From the NCBI GenBank assembly GCA_036867785.1, contig CP145411.1, forward strand, positions 1,364,001 to 1,428,000: a stretch of 64,000 bases of DNA, written 5' to 3'. The translations under genes and the position numbers were made by a program. Every line of letters begins with the position of its first letter. The first letter of the stretch is position 1. Shown one piece after another: positions 24,701 to 35,268 of this stretch. Under the pieces are notes generated by a model. It had not been told where the DNA came from. It ran no database searches and saw nothing but the letters and a program-made list of their open reading frames with translations. This stretch comes from Plasmodiophora brassicae (taxonomy: Eukaryota).

Positions 24701-25682
24701 AAACAGGAGCTCATGGCCAACGCAGGCCTTCAACCAAACCTTTTGCTTTCCAAACAGAACCGTCTCTCTGATAATGGTGAAGTGTGGCTCATGTGTGGCT
24801 AGTGACAGCATGATAAGGTCGGCATCCATTCCGTACACGACATGCCGCAAATTGGGCGGGTATCCAGGTCGGGCTCGCTGCTGCCTGATGAACTGCATAA
24901 TTTTATGCTCACCCTCGCCTGGGACGTTCGCGTCAGAATAGATGACTTGAACCTATAGGTGCAATCGGTCAGGCAACCTGGCGGAACGTGCGAAATGCAC
25001 CATGACACACATCAGCCCAGCCGGGATCCGATGTGATCCGGTCGTTGACATAAAACGTCAGTGCCTGACTCAGCTTCGCCATGAACGGAGTGCCTGGCTA
25101 CTCGACAGGTTAGATCGTTTCCCCCAGCGTTCGTCGGAGGCAGTACCGTGATGACATTATGATCCCATCTGTCGCCCTTAATCGGGGGCAGGGGACGTCC
25201 TTCCTTTTCCCATGCGTCACGAATCTCATTCTCCTTTGCTTTTCGTTGCGACATCTCCTGCGCGGCGCGGAAACGTCGCGATCGTTGTTGGTTCATCTTG
25301 GCGCGAGGCGCCACGCCATCAATGGCCATGTACAATAGTCGGCGCGGGCGCACCATCCCGAAGATGCGGTCAATGTACTGGAACACGTTAGCGATCATCT
25401 CCTCCTCCGACGCCGGTTGGGGCTGTGCACCTACGTCAGGATCGACGAACACCTACGCTATTCGCTGCAGGCAAGTACCTTGTCCTCTGGGTGACAGCAC
25501 GGATGGATCAACCCGTTCATGTCCAGGTAGAGGCAGTCGTACTCGACGGCATTCGGGTTGGCCTGCGACGTATCCGTCGGGACTTCCACCCCATCAACAA
25601 CGACGCGTTCGGCTTCGATGACGTCCGACACGACGCGCGGGTACTTCTCGCTCAGCCACCGATAGAAGGACGGGACACCCAT
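21752..25682 (-). CDS. XRN2: 5'-3' exoribonuclease XRN2/Rat1 type (multi-exon)
   Basis: [50 protein letters not shown] knuckle ([14 protein letters not shown]), [30 protein letters not shown]. Confidence 0.95.
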
Positions 25683-26241
25683 GGACGGCCGCGCGTCGTG
25701 GATCGACCGTAGAGTAGTGCGCCACGCACTCTGCGGGAGAGCTGGCTGACCCCGTCATCGACCCATGGCCACTCGCCCGCGACTGCCACCACTCACCAGC
25801 GACGACAGCGTACTGCGATCCAGGCGCAGCTCATACTGGGAACAGGGCTGCGAAGCATGCCGACGCTGGGCAAATACCGACTCATGCAGCGTTATGATGC
25901 AGCATTGGTAAACTTGTGGTTAGTGCGTTGAGGATGCACTCGAATGGCAACGCCAACGTTTATCACCGAATTATGAGCGTGTATATACGGCTATGATGTT
26001 ATAGAATCGGGAAGGGATTTTGTTGCTGGTGGTGGCTGTGGAAGCGTCGCAGCTGCCGGCAGTTGTGGAAGCGGCGTCCCTTGTCGATGACGATCGCGGT
26101 GTTCATCTGTTGCATTGTATTGCTGCGCTGTGATCACTGTGATCTAATAAGTACTGACCTTGCCTTCGCCGATGATGTTGAGCACGGCATGCTGCCCGAC
26201 TTCAGATCAACATGCGCCAGTGCAACTAATGGCGTGTCCGT

Positions 26242-26322
26242 GGCTTGTTGACCGAGTGGTTAAGGTGAACGATTAGAAATCGTTTGGGCTTGCCCGCGCA
26301 GGTTCGAATCCTGCACAAGCCT
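26242..26322 (+). tRNA. tRNA-Ser(AGA), copy 1
   Basis: Cloverleaf with GGCTTGT/ACAAGCC acceptor stem, AACGA-TTAGAAA-TCGTT anticodon arm, long variable arm and GGTTCGAATCC T-loop, followed by a T-run terminator. Confidence 0.95.
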
Positions 26323-26450
26323 GATTTTTTGCCGCGCCTGTAGCGTGCTTGGCTTGCTCTCCATGGCGGCAACTGGACATTGTGCACCTTTCATGCAATG
26401 TGCCAGTTAACCTGTTGTGGTCAACGATGGCGTCGGCGCTCAGTGGCTAT

Positions 26451-26531
26451 GGCTTGTTGACCGAGTGGTTAAGGTGAACGATTAGAAATCGTTTGGGCTT
26501 GCCCGCGCAGGTTCGAATCCTGCACAAGCCT
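26451..26531 (+). tRNA. tRNA-Ser(AGA), copy 2
   Basis: Identical to copy 1; followed by TTTT. Confidence 0.95.
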
Positions 26532-26633
26532 CTTTTGGCGACGAACCGCTGTCCTGCATTCATTTTCTTCTTGCTGGAGCTGAAGATTTTCAGCAATCGG
26601 CGCGCATGGGAGCAATGAATTGCTAGATCTGTA

Positions 26634-28964
26634 TTAGCGTGCAGCAAGGAGAGGACCAGCGGTGGCCATGAGCATCTCAACGGCGCGAAGCTCTCGCAAC
26701 TGTGCCATAGCGTTCGGGAACTTGCTCAATTTCGCGGCGGCAATAGCAGCGTTACGACGCGCGGCGACAGCGTTGTTACTGTTGCTGACGACGTCGACCA
26801 GAACCGGAATCAGGCCAAGCAGGCCGTCAGCGACCTCAGCGCCACCTTTACTTGCGTCCAGCAATCGCGATACACACAACGCCAGATTGCCGATAACCTG
26901 GACGTCCCCAGCGGCCATCGAACCAATCCGCACCAAGCACGCAGGGACCTGTTTCTGATCAGTACACGCGTAGAGAATGCTGGCGAACCGGTCGCCCTTC
27001 GACAGGGCGGCCATGGCACGAACGCCATGGTCCAGGACCGGCGACTTCTCCATAAGACCGCTTACGACGCTCCAGACAACTGGCAGGACGGCATCGAGGC
27101 TGTCATCAACGCCCACACTGCACAGCCTTGCTAACGCTTGCAGGCACCGCTCCTGAACAAGAGCACCTTGCCCAGGTTGAAGAATGTTGCAGAGAACGGG
27201 GACCATACCCGCTTGGTGAAGCCGTTCAAGGCCGATTGGATCCGCCACTAGATTCACGACGACGCTCAGCATCTTTTCCAGTGTGTTTCTCTGCCTTGGG
27301 CCCGCCTTCCGTGATCGTTTCACTGCGCCAACCAAGACCTGAAACGCACGAGGATCCTCATGCGTGGCAAGTTGGTTCCTTAGCCGATCGTTGAGAAGCA
27401 GGTTTCCAAGCGCTGCCACTGCCCTCTCCTTCAGATCGTCAGTCGCCGCCCGATTCGACACAATAGCCAAGAGGCGGTGGGTGATCGGCGACGTCCCGGC
27501 GATGCTGGAACGGAACCGAGATTCCAACGCCAAGTTGCCCAGGAGGGCGATTGCTGCTGCTCGAACCTCGATCGCTTGATCTTGTTCCATCCATCGTCGG
27601 AGAGCTCGCCACGTCTTGTCGCCAGCCACGTCGTCAATCAAGCGATGCCGGACCTCGCCTAACGACGACAACGACAACAGTAAGGACAGCATGGCCTTAG
27701 CGTGATCCGGCGAGCACGACTGGCGATCCAGACACGTCACCAAGTCCTCGACAAGCGTTCCAGCTTGCGATACGACTTCCACGTTGTACGGGTTCCCATG
27801 GCATGCCTCGATTAACGCGTTGCATGCGTCGATCGGTTGCGATCCCATCACCGACACGGCCTTTGCCACGCCTTTCAGCACCCGAAACTGAACGCGCACG
27901 TCATCCCCGCCCGCCTGCATCAACGTCGTCGCCTTCTCCAGGTCAGTCGCGTTCAACGCGTCCTGCAGATCAGCGTACCCGCCCTGTGCGCGAACGCGTT
28001 TCTCCCTGTCGAGTTCGCGAATGTCGCGTCGGCACGCCGCGATCAGGTCCAAGGCTTCCCGAGCATCCGGCCTGCATCGTAACGCGCCGTTGTCGAGTGC
28101 GTCAATGGCGTCCCGGGTGCGTCGCAGGCCACGAAGGGCGCTGGCCCGTCGCATCCAGGCCTTGAACACCACCGGCCTGTTAAGCGGGAATCTGTTCCCG
28201 TCGAGAAACTCGGCCATGTCCAGGACCGTGTCGCAGTCGATCAGCGCCTTCGTGTACTGCTGCGTGCGGATGTACGCCAGCGCCCTGTTCGTGTAATACT
28301 CCTGGCCGTCCTTCTTCGCCTCGATCGCCTTCGTATAGAGGTCTGCCGCCTGCACGTACCGCCTCTTCGCGAAGCACTCGTTGCCTTCGCGTTTAAACGC
28401 GTCGGCACGCGCCTGCTTCTCGGCGCGTTGGCGTTCCCGTGCGACCATATCGGCCTCTAATGCGGCGAATCGTGGGTCGTCACGATCGGGGACTGGCTCG
28501 TCGTCGGAATCGGTGTCGGGTTCCCAGGCGTCCCAGCGTTGGTAATCGGTGTCGGAAGCGCGTTTCTGCCTACGATGCTCGATGTACCGTCGCCAACGCT
28601 GACGCCGCGCGATACGTTGCTCGCGATCCTTCATGAGGTCATCGACACGCGATCGAAGGTACGCTTGGCGTGCCTGGCGTGTCTCCAGGACGTCAGCCTG
28701 TCCACAATTCGCACAGACAGACACGTCGTCGATGTGCTCGGTGTTGCAGCCGCGACAGAAGATGGCGTACGAATCGGAATGGCCCGGCCCGGATCGAAAC
28801 GTTGGCGCTGGAGCCGCCTCTGCTATACGCTTTGCAGGGCGCGTGACGCGATCCAGCGTCGCGTCACATTCGGCATCGGTGATCGTCCCATCGACGAGGC
28901 CGTTGATCGTCTTGCTGACATCGTCGATCCGGTCCAGCCAATCGTCCAGCTCGGAATCACCCAT
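26634..28964 (-). CDS. TPR plus armadillo-repeat protein, TTC12/UNC-45-like
   Basis: 776-aa single ORF; ADAFKREGNECFAKRRYVQAADLYTKAI, YYTNRALAYIR and ARM-like C-terminal repeats; DYQRWD motif. Confidence 0.8.
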   Translation of the reverse strand: MGDSELDDWLDRIDDVSKTINGLVDGTITDAECDATLDRVTRPAKRIAEAAPAPTFRSGPGHSDSYAIFCRGCNTEHIDDVSVCANCGQADVLETRQARQAYLRSRVDDLMKDREQRIARRQRWRRYIEHRRQKRASDTDYQRWDAWEPDTDSDDEPVPDRDDPRFAALEADMVARERQRAEKQARADAFKREGNECFAKRRYVQAADLYTKAIEAKKDGQEYYTNRALAYIRTQQYTKALIDCDTVLDMAEFLDGNRFPLNRPVVFKAWMRRASALRGLRRTRDAIDALDNGALRCRPDAREALDLIAACRRDIRELDREKRVRAQGGYADLQDALNATDLEKATTLMQAGGDDVRVQFRVLKGVAKAVSVMGSQPIDACNALIEACHGNPYNVEVVSQAGTLVEDLVTCLDRQSCSPDHAKAMLSLLLSLSSLGEVRHRLIDDVAGDKTWRALRRWMEQDQAIEVRAAAIALLGNLALESRFRSSIAGTSPITHRLLAIVSNRAATDDLKERAVAALGNLLLNDRLRNQLATHEDPRAFQVLVGAVKRSRKAGPRQRNTLEKMLSVVVNLVADPIGLERLHQAGMVPVLCNILQPGQGALVQERCLQALARLCSVGVDDSLDAVLPVVWSVVSGLMEKSPVLDHGVRAMAALSKGDRFASILYACTDQKQVPACLVRIGSMAAGDVQVIGNLALCVSRLLDASKGGAEVADGLLGLIPVLVDVVSNSNNAVAARRNAAIAAAKLSKFPNAMAQLRELRAVEMLMATAGPLLAAR

Positions 28965-29241
28965 CGCGGGACAACGAATGTGACTGACTGGCTGCCCACA
29001 GGCTGCGGTTTCGATTTCCGTTCACCAGATGATGGCCCCTTCATACGATGCTGGAATACACCAGGCCCCCGGAGTTGCCGCGCATGAGCACGAGGAGACA
29101 TTCTTGCCATTAGGGGTTGATGCAAAGTCAAGTGCTAGTCGCACTCCTCTACAAGTTGATGGCCGCTCGACGGCGGACTCCGTGGCTAACGAGCGCAGCG
29201 CCGCCCGGACGGCTACTATGGGACCGCACGCAGCAGGAGTC

Positions 29242-29793
29242 TCATGTCCATTCGTCTTCCCATTCCTTCAGGCGCTCCTGGTCGTCGCGAGACAGAGCGC
29301 GCCCATGGCACTTCTTGTACTTTAGGCCCGAATTGCACGGGCAGGGCTGGTTCGCTTGTTTCGACCGACGCTGCACAAGGACGGGATCCGCGTTCGTCTC
29401 GATGTCGGCGGCCAGCGCCGATATGCTCTGGTACCTCGTTGATGGCCGGTTGTGCCGCATGTCATCGAAATCTATATTCCTGTCAATATCAGAACCGTGT
29501 ACGATACTCGGGGCAACACTCCCAGCCACCTTCCACGGATATGGTGCCAGGTAATGGTCGGCCGCCTTCGTTGAAGACCGCGTACCCGGAGGCAGTCTCG
29601 CCAGGCGCCTTGGTGCCCAAGTTGGACAGGATCACGAACGCGATCAGCGCTATCGTCCCCAGCTCGAAAAACCCAGCTGGATATAGGATCAGACTGACGC
29701 GATGCAGACGGGCCGGTTGACGGCCTCACCATACGCCGATGCGATCCAGATCGTCAACGCCACCGCGCATCTCACGCTGACGCAGCCAGCCAT
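29242..29793 (-). CDS. SAYSvFN-motif membrane protein with C-terminal SEC-C zinc motif (3 exons)
   Basis: Spliced MAGCVSVRCAVALTIWIASAY/AGFFELGTIALIAFVILSNLGTKAPGETASGYAVFNEGGRPLPGT.../RRSKQANQPCPCNSGLKYKKCHG. Confidence 0.8.
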
Positions 29794-30531
29794 ATTTTGT
29801 GTGCGCAGATGGCAGACGCGGGACACCACCACACTGTACGACATAGTAGTGCAATACAGTAACACAACGGCTCATGGAAGGTTTATCATTGATGTTGACG
29901 TTCCCGAACAGTACTTCAGTGGTTAACAATCAGTACTCGTTCCCAAGAACGCGTCGCCGATGTACAATCGTGAACGCGAGGCTTCCAAGACGGTTGCCGT
30001 GTCACGTCATCATCCTGCGCAACAGTCGTCCGAAGCCCGACAGCAGATGGCCGGTGATCATTAGCGGAAACACCAGGAATGTCGCCGTCTCATTCCCAAC
30101 TGGTTCGCGAGCGCCGCCTACAAAAGATGACACAGTCAGACACGTGAATCAACAGATCGCTGGATACTGGACAACGCCGACACGCAATGCCTCATAACCG
30201 GTTTGACATCATCGAATATCTCACGCTTAACGAGATTCCAATAAATAAATTTTAAATCATAAGCAATGACGATATCTACAGCGTATGAATATCTAAATCC
30301 AGGTGCATACATGCGCACGTAAACCGCGATCGTATCTTGGCATTCGGCACGTTTGAGGATCAGGCGGCACCTCATCGTTGATGTCCTTGTGGCACGATTG
30401 CCTGATAGGCCATGCGCAGTCCGCCACGGACAGCGAACGCAATATTAGGGCGGGCCACACTCTGAGTGGACAATCATCCTATTGATGACGAACATCTAAC
30501 GCATCACGACAAGAAGATCTAGGTATATTGA

Positions 30532-32865
30532 TCACAGCAACGTGCAGCTGCTGAGCCACCAGAAAGGACCCCGGTGCGCCACAGCCTCGCGTTCGGGGCT
30601 TCGCTGGTCTTCGTTAGCGCGCGGCTCGATCCCCTCCAATGGGGACCCACGATGGTCACCGAGCGACGCCTCCTGAGCAACATCCGATTCGAATGGGCGG
30701 ACGTCGATTTCACCAGGCACGGGTTCTTCAACAACTTCGAGAATCGCGTTGGCATCCAGTTGCGGGATCAAGACGGAACCGACGATATTGTCCAGATCGT
30801 TCAGCGCCGCTTCTGCGAGGGCCTTCACGTCAACCTCCATGTCGGTCGTCGGATTAACATCCACGTCCTCCTTACCGTTGTCCACATCCATATTGCCCAG
30901 CGACGATTCAATGATAGCGGTAACTTGAACGTCCGCCTCGGTGATAACGATGGTTTCAGCGACTTCCTGAGCGCCATGTGCGACGTCGTCCTTGACGGCA
31001 TTCTCCAGCGTTTCGACAACAGTTGTCTCCACGTTGATGTCGAGTTCGATTGCCGATAAGACGTTTCCTGCATCCTGCACGATGACATCGTCTTTGCTGT
31101 CAGCTGACAACACGGTGTCCACGTCGGCGACCGGCTTCAGCTCGACGCCCTTCTTGATGTCGGCCTGCAGAGCCAGCACGTCAGTCAATTCGACCCTGCT
31201 CTGTTGATCGACGTGCGCCAAGTCGACACCCTTCTCGATTTCCGCATTGAGAGTCAGGACGTCAATGACGGAAAGACGGGGCGCAGGCTCGACATGGTTA
31301 AGTTCGACACCTTTCTTGATCTCGGCCTCAAGTGCAAGAACGTCCGTCATTGCGATACGCGGCCCAGGCTCGACGTGCTTCAGGTCCACGCCCTTCTTGA
31401 TATCGGCCTCGACTGCAAGAACATCAGGCAGCGTAACACGGCGCATAGAGGTCTCGACCGGATTCAGCATCGTATCGCCCTCGGCAATCTCAGCGTGCAC
31501 ATCGCTCATCTGCTTGACGATATCGTCATTCGCTGGAGCCTCGCCAACGTCCTGTTCGACCTTGTCCTCAATCTTGGTACCGTCAATGTTCACGTTCTCT
31601 GCCAACGTTTTAACCGACCGCAGGCCTTCTCCCTCAGTCTCAGCCTCCGGAACCGGAACGTCAATCAGGGCAGGTTCCAGGACAGCGCTCGTTTCGATCT
31701 TGCCCTCAGGCTTGGATACGGCAACATCCACAACAGTCTCAACAGCCGGAACGCCACTCAGGTCAGATTCATTGTCCTTCCCGATGTCGTCTCGGACCTC
31801 GATTGTGTCGGGAGAGGTCGCCGAAGACCCCAAAGACTGCATGGCCTCCCCCTCAGTCTTCGCCTCAGCTGACGGACCGCCCGCCATGGCATGTTCCCGG
31901 AAAGAGCCTTCGTCGACCTCGTCCTGGAGCTTGACCGCGTCATGGTTCTCGTCATGCGGATCCTTCGTGTCGTTGTCGCCCTCCACGGCCGGAACATCGC
32001 CGGAGTCGGTGAGATTTTGCTGCTGCTCGACGCTGGCCCGCTTCGCATCGCCTTCCTTGATATCCTCATCAGCAGCGGCAGCAATCGCAGGTGCGACATC
32101 CTCGACGCCGAATACCGCTTCCGCATCGCATTCATCGACGTCCTCGGAGGTGGAAATCGCAGGCCTCGAGACCACAGTTTCTGAAGTTGGCGAGGTAGCC
32201 TCTTGATCCGCCAAGGTAAACCCGACATCCCGACCGGCCTCCTCTAGAACGACCTCGTCGCGTGCGCCAGTGGAACCAGGTTCGGTGCCCTGGAGAGCAA
32301 ACCCGACGTCGTGGCCAACTTGAGAAAGGACAGAATCTTCAACTGGCACAGCGGCATCCTTCGATGGTGCATTCGATGGCAGGGCTTCGTCCGTCCTAGC
32401 CTCGTCCTTCAAAGTGTCGCTCTGGTCGGCAGGATCGCCGCTGGCCAAATCAGAACGGACTGTCTTGATATCGTCGGCAGCAACATCGATTTCACGAACG
32501 GAAGTTATCTCGCGATCGGCGTCGAAGGCCCCTCCAGCATCGCATAGGTCCACCTCCTCCGAAGTCGAAATCGTGATCGCGGGAGCAGGGGACACGGTTT
32601 GCGATTTCGTCGAATTCGGCTTTAGACCTGCTAGTTCGAATCCGACATCCCGATCGACCTCATCCAGAACCGCGTCATCGCGTTCGCCGCTTCCCGGTTC
32701 AGCGACTCCGGCGTCATGCGCGACCTGGGTGAGGGTGGGATCCTGCTGCCCTGCTACCGACGATGAAATGCCCACGCCGGTATCAACGACCTCATCGCGC
32801 TCCGGCTTGCCTGCGGCACGGGCGACGACGGCGTCAGCTGCTGCAGCGGACGCACCCGACGACAT
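30532..32865 (-). CDS. Acidic repeat protein with four WH2-like repeats and C-terminal CaaX (CTLL)
   Basis: 777-aa single ORF; four 26-aa repeats (LxA[DE]I[KE]KGV[DE]LxxV); ends WWLSSCTLL. Confidence 0.8.
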   Translation of the reverse strand: MSSGASAAAADAVVARAAGKPERDEVVDTGVGISSSVAGQQDPTLTQVAHDAGVAEPGSGERDDAVLDEVDRDVGFELAGLKPNSTKSQTVSPAPAITISTSEEVDLCDAGGAFDADREITSVREIDVAADDIKTVRSDLASGDPADQSDTLKDEARTDEALPSNAPSKDAAVPVEDSVLSQVGHDVGFALQGTEPGSTGARDEVVLEEAGRDVGFTLADQEATSPTSETVVSRPAISTSEDVDECDAEAVFGVEDVAPAIAAAADEDIKEGDAKRASVEQQQNLTDSGDVPAVEGDNDTKDPHDENHDAVKLQDEVDEGSFREHAMAGGPSAEAKTEGEAMQSLGSSATSPDTIEVRDDIGKDNESDLSGVPAVETVVDVAVSKPEGKIETSAVLEPALIDVPVPEAETEGEGLRSVKTLAENVNIDGTKIEDKVEQDVGEAPANDDIVKQMSDVHAEIAEGDTMLNPVETSMRRVTLPDVLAVEADIKKGVDLKHVEPGPRIAMTDVLALEAEIKKGVELNHVEPAPRLSVIDVLTLNAEIEKGVDLAHVDQQSRVELTDVLALQADIKKGVELKPVADVDTVLSADSKDDVIVQDAGNVLSAIELDINVETTVVETLENAVKDDVAHGAQEVAETIVITEADVQVTAIIESSLGNMDVDNGKEDVDVNPTTDMEVDVKALAEAALNDLDNIVGSVLIPQLDANAILEVVEEPVPGEIDVRPFESDVAQEASLGDHRGSPLEGIEPRANEDQRSPEREAVAHRGPFWWLSSCTLL

Positions 32866-33738
32866 TATTTTGACAGAGCCCGCACGGCATTCGCGGCAAG
32901 TAGGGGTAGCCTCCCCAGTCCCCAGTCCCCAGTCCCCCGGATCCCCCGCACAGGCAGGTCATCCAAAAAATCGTACGGATTCCGAATTTAGCGCTCGGAC
33001 TGCGCTCCCCGTCCGTCCGACTGGCGACTGTGGCCCCGCCTGCCGGTTTATTTGTGGTCACGGTAAGCAGATCGTATCTAGCGGACGGCAACGAAGGGAG
33101 GCTGGAGGTGGGATATCACCAGAAGCAAGCCAATTTTACAGGGCAAGCGCAATGGTATTTTTACCAAGGGCCAAGATATGTTTCGTATGACCCTTAAGGG
33201 ACGGGGCGGGGCGGCGGTGTCCTCAAACACGGGATCGGAAAAGACGGCCACGCGGAACCCCGTTACGCCTGTGACACAAGTGTGACTCATTGTTACGGTT
33301 TGGTTTCGCAAGGAACGGGTCGACCCGGTGGCGTTTGAAAGATCATACCACTAGAAAAGTTGTCTGGAAGGTTTCACAACTATAATTGCGCGATCTTCGA
33401 ACGACCGCGCCGCGCCGGGGCTCACGATCCGGTCGGCTCGCCCGTGTCCGGATCGGGAAATCCCTACCGAACCGATAACCAGTTTGCACCTCCGCATACC
33501 ATCCCGTGGCGGTTTGCTTCGAAGACTGACCTGGCCGGCCGGATCTGGGACGGACCTGCGAAGCTGCCGGATCGGATCTTCCTCTGGCCCTTTGTTTCCT
33601 TGTACCCCAGTCACACGTCGGTTCTGGCCGGGTACTCCGTACTCCTCGATCCAGCACCAAACGGTCGAGGACGGCCGGTCGACTCGATCGCAGTGCTGTC
33701 GTAGTGGCGATTTTGTCCCCAACCAGCTATCTCGCATC

Positions 33739-34296
33739 ATGCCCCGTCCGCCGGTCAGCGATGTTTACCGCCCGCATCTATGCGAGGTGTGCGGCAAGAC
33801 CTTTCCGACGGACGTCGGCCTGGCGGCCCATTCTCTTCTCCATTCCATGTCAAGAAAATATGTCTGCATGTACTGTGGCGAGCGATTCACACGGCACAAC
33901 GTTCTGGATGAGCACATGCGCATCCACAGCGGGGAGCGGCCGTACCAGTGCGAGCTTTGCCAGAAGACGTTCATGTCGTCGACGAACCTCAAGACGCACG
34001 AACGTGTTCACTCGGGCATCAAACCTTACTCCTGCAGTGACTGCGGGCGGTCATTCTCGACCAAGGGAAGCTTGACGACGCACGGCCGTACGCACACTGG
34101 CGTACGTCCTTATGTCTGCGAGCACTGCCAGAAGGCGTTCGCTGACCACAGTAGCCTTACCCGGCATCGGCGGATCCACACTGGAGAGACACCGTTCAAG
34201 TGTGAGGACTGCCAAGCCATGTTCTCCAGAAAGAGAGGTCTGGACCGACATCGGCAACGGTGCGAACAGGCAAAGGAAGAGAAGACACCTACATGA
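33739..34296 (+). CDS. Tandem C2H2 zinc-finger protein (5 C2H2 plus 1 C2HC)
   Basis: Kruppel-type linkers HSGERPY, HSGIKPY, HTGVRPY, HTGETPF. Confidence 0.9.
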   Translation: MPRPPVSDVYRPHLCEVCGKTFPTDVGLAAHSLLHSMSRKYVCMYCGERFTRHNVLDEHMRIHSGERPYQCELCQKTFMSSTNLKTHERVHSGIKPYSCSDCGRSFSTKGSLTTHGRTHTGVRPYVCEHCQKAFADHSSLTRHRRIHTGETPFKCEDCQAMFSRKRGLDRHRQRCEQAKEEKTPT

Positions 34297-34570
34297 CCCA
34301 GGTCGTTTGGTTCCAATACTTCCCCCTAACCTCTACCTATAACCTGCATAAATTTTCTAGAAGTATTTTGTTATCTTCAATGTTCTGGGGTCCCATCACT
34401 TTATGCTTGCGTGTCACAATTATGACCACACGCTCCATGATGCACTCAAGGCCTATGATGCCCGGCCACTAGCATATCGGTTGGCATGCATGCGGAGGAA
34501 ACGCACACATTTGGCACAATTTATGCCGGTTGCAGACGTTAGCGCAAGTATATAGGACACGGGCACCCTA

Positions 34571-34841
34571 CAGAACGCGTGCTTGCTTGATGATTCTTGC
34601 CGGGAACCTGCATACCTATATAGATCTGGCGTGTGGGCACTACGTTGACCGGTTATCTCGGGTTCTTGAAGGTTGACCGAAGAATTGTCAAAGCAGCTAG
34701 TCCCTCGGGCTAGAATTGACAGTGAAACGCGTTCTGGTCACAACCTGGCTTTGTTTCCCTACTTAGAGGCATCTTAACTGCTACGTTCTCAGGAACTTCG
34801 CGGACGTTGTCTCGGGTCGGGTATCTCTGCGGACCCGAGAC
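34571..34841. ncRNA. Candidate structured non-coding RNA (unclassified)
   Basis: Nested stems found by eye (see findings), upstream TATA-like GTATATAG, no ORF. Confidence 0.3.
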
Positions 34842-35268
34842 CCCACGATTGGCACTCGGCGCGCGTTCGTTTCAATCGCTTCTCATCGCTGTTGGATGGC
34901 ACGATCCTGGACTTCATTAATTGTGTCACTGGTCTCGCCGATCCTGGCTGGGCAGATCTGAGGTTTCTGTAGAGGGCTTGTTCTGCTATTTCCGTACGGT
35001 GTCCTTTGGCCCTGCATGAACGGGAGCAACATTTCTTAAAACCGAATGAATGAATACCGGTAATCCCACTAATCGACGCTGGCCATTACATTTTGATTGT
35101 ACCTTACAGGTTATAATACATGGTCCAAGTCAACGGCAGACAATTTCGAAATGGTTTGCTGCATCAGATACAATTTGCCTACAATGGTCGAATACATGCA
35201 TGTGCAGGATGGCAGTGTCGTCTTGACGATGGGCATTCAGGTACGTATGCAAGAAACGCGTATTCGGC

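Noticed and set aside
26242-26531. Suppressor or recoding tRNA (TTAGA read as a CTA/TTA anticodon)
   Set aside because: The 7-nt loop TTAGAAA centres on AGA, a standard Ser anticodon with a Ser-type variable arm.
29930-30420. AT-rich segment with a short minus-strand ORF
   Set aside because: No recognisable domain and splice model ambiguous; left uncalled.
31204-33190. Long plus-strand ORFs (222-319 aa) opposite the WH2-repeat gene, and similar antisense ORFs elsewhere
   Set aside because: Shadow ORFs expected from GC-rich codon bias; Ser/Arg-rich translations with no domains.
34581-34746. Hammerhead-ribozyme-like core (TGATGA...GAAAC...GTC)
   Set aside because: C3 is replaced by U, and stems I, II and III do not pair properly at the core-adjacent positions.
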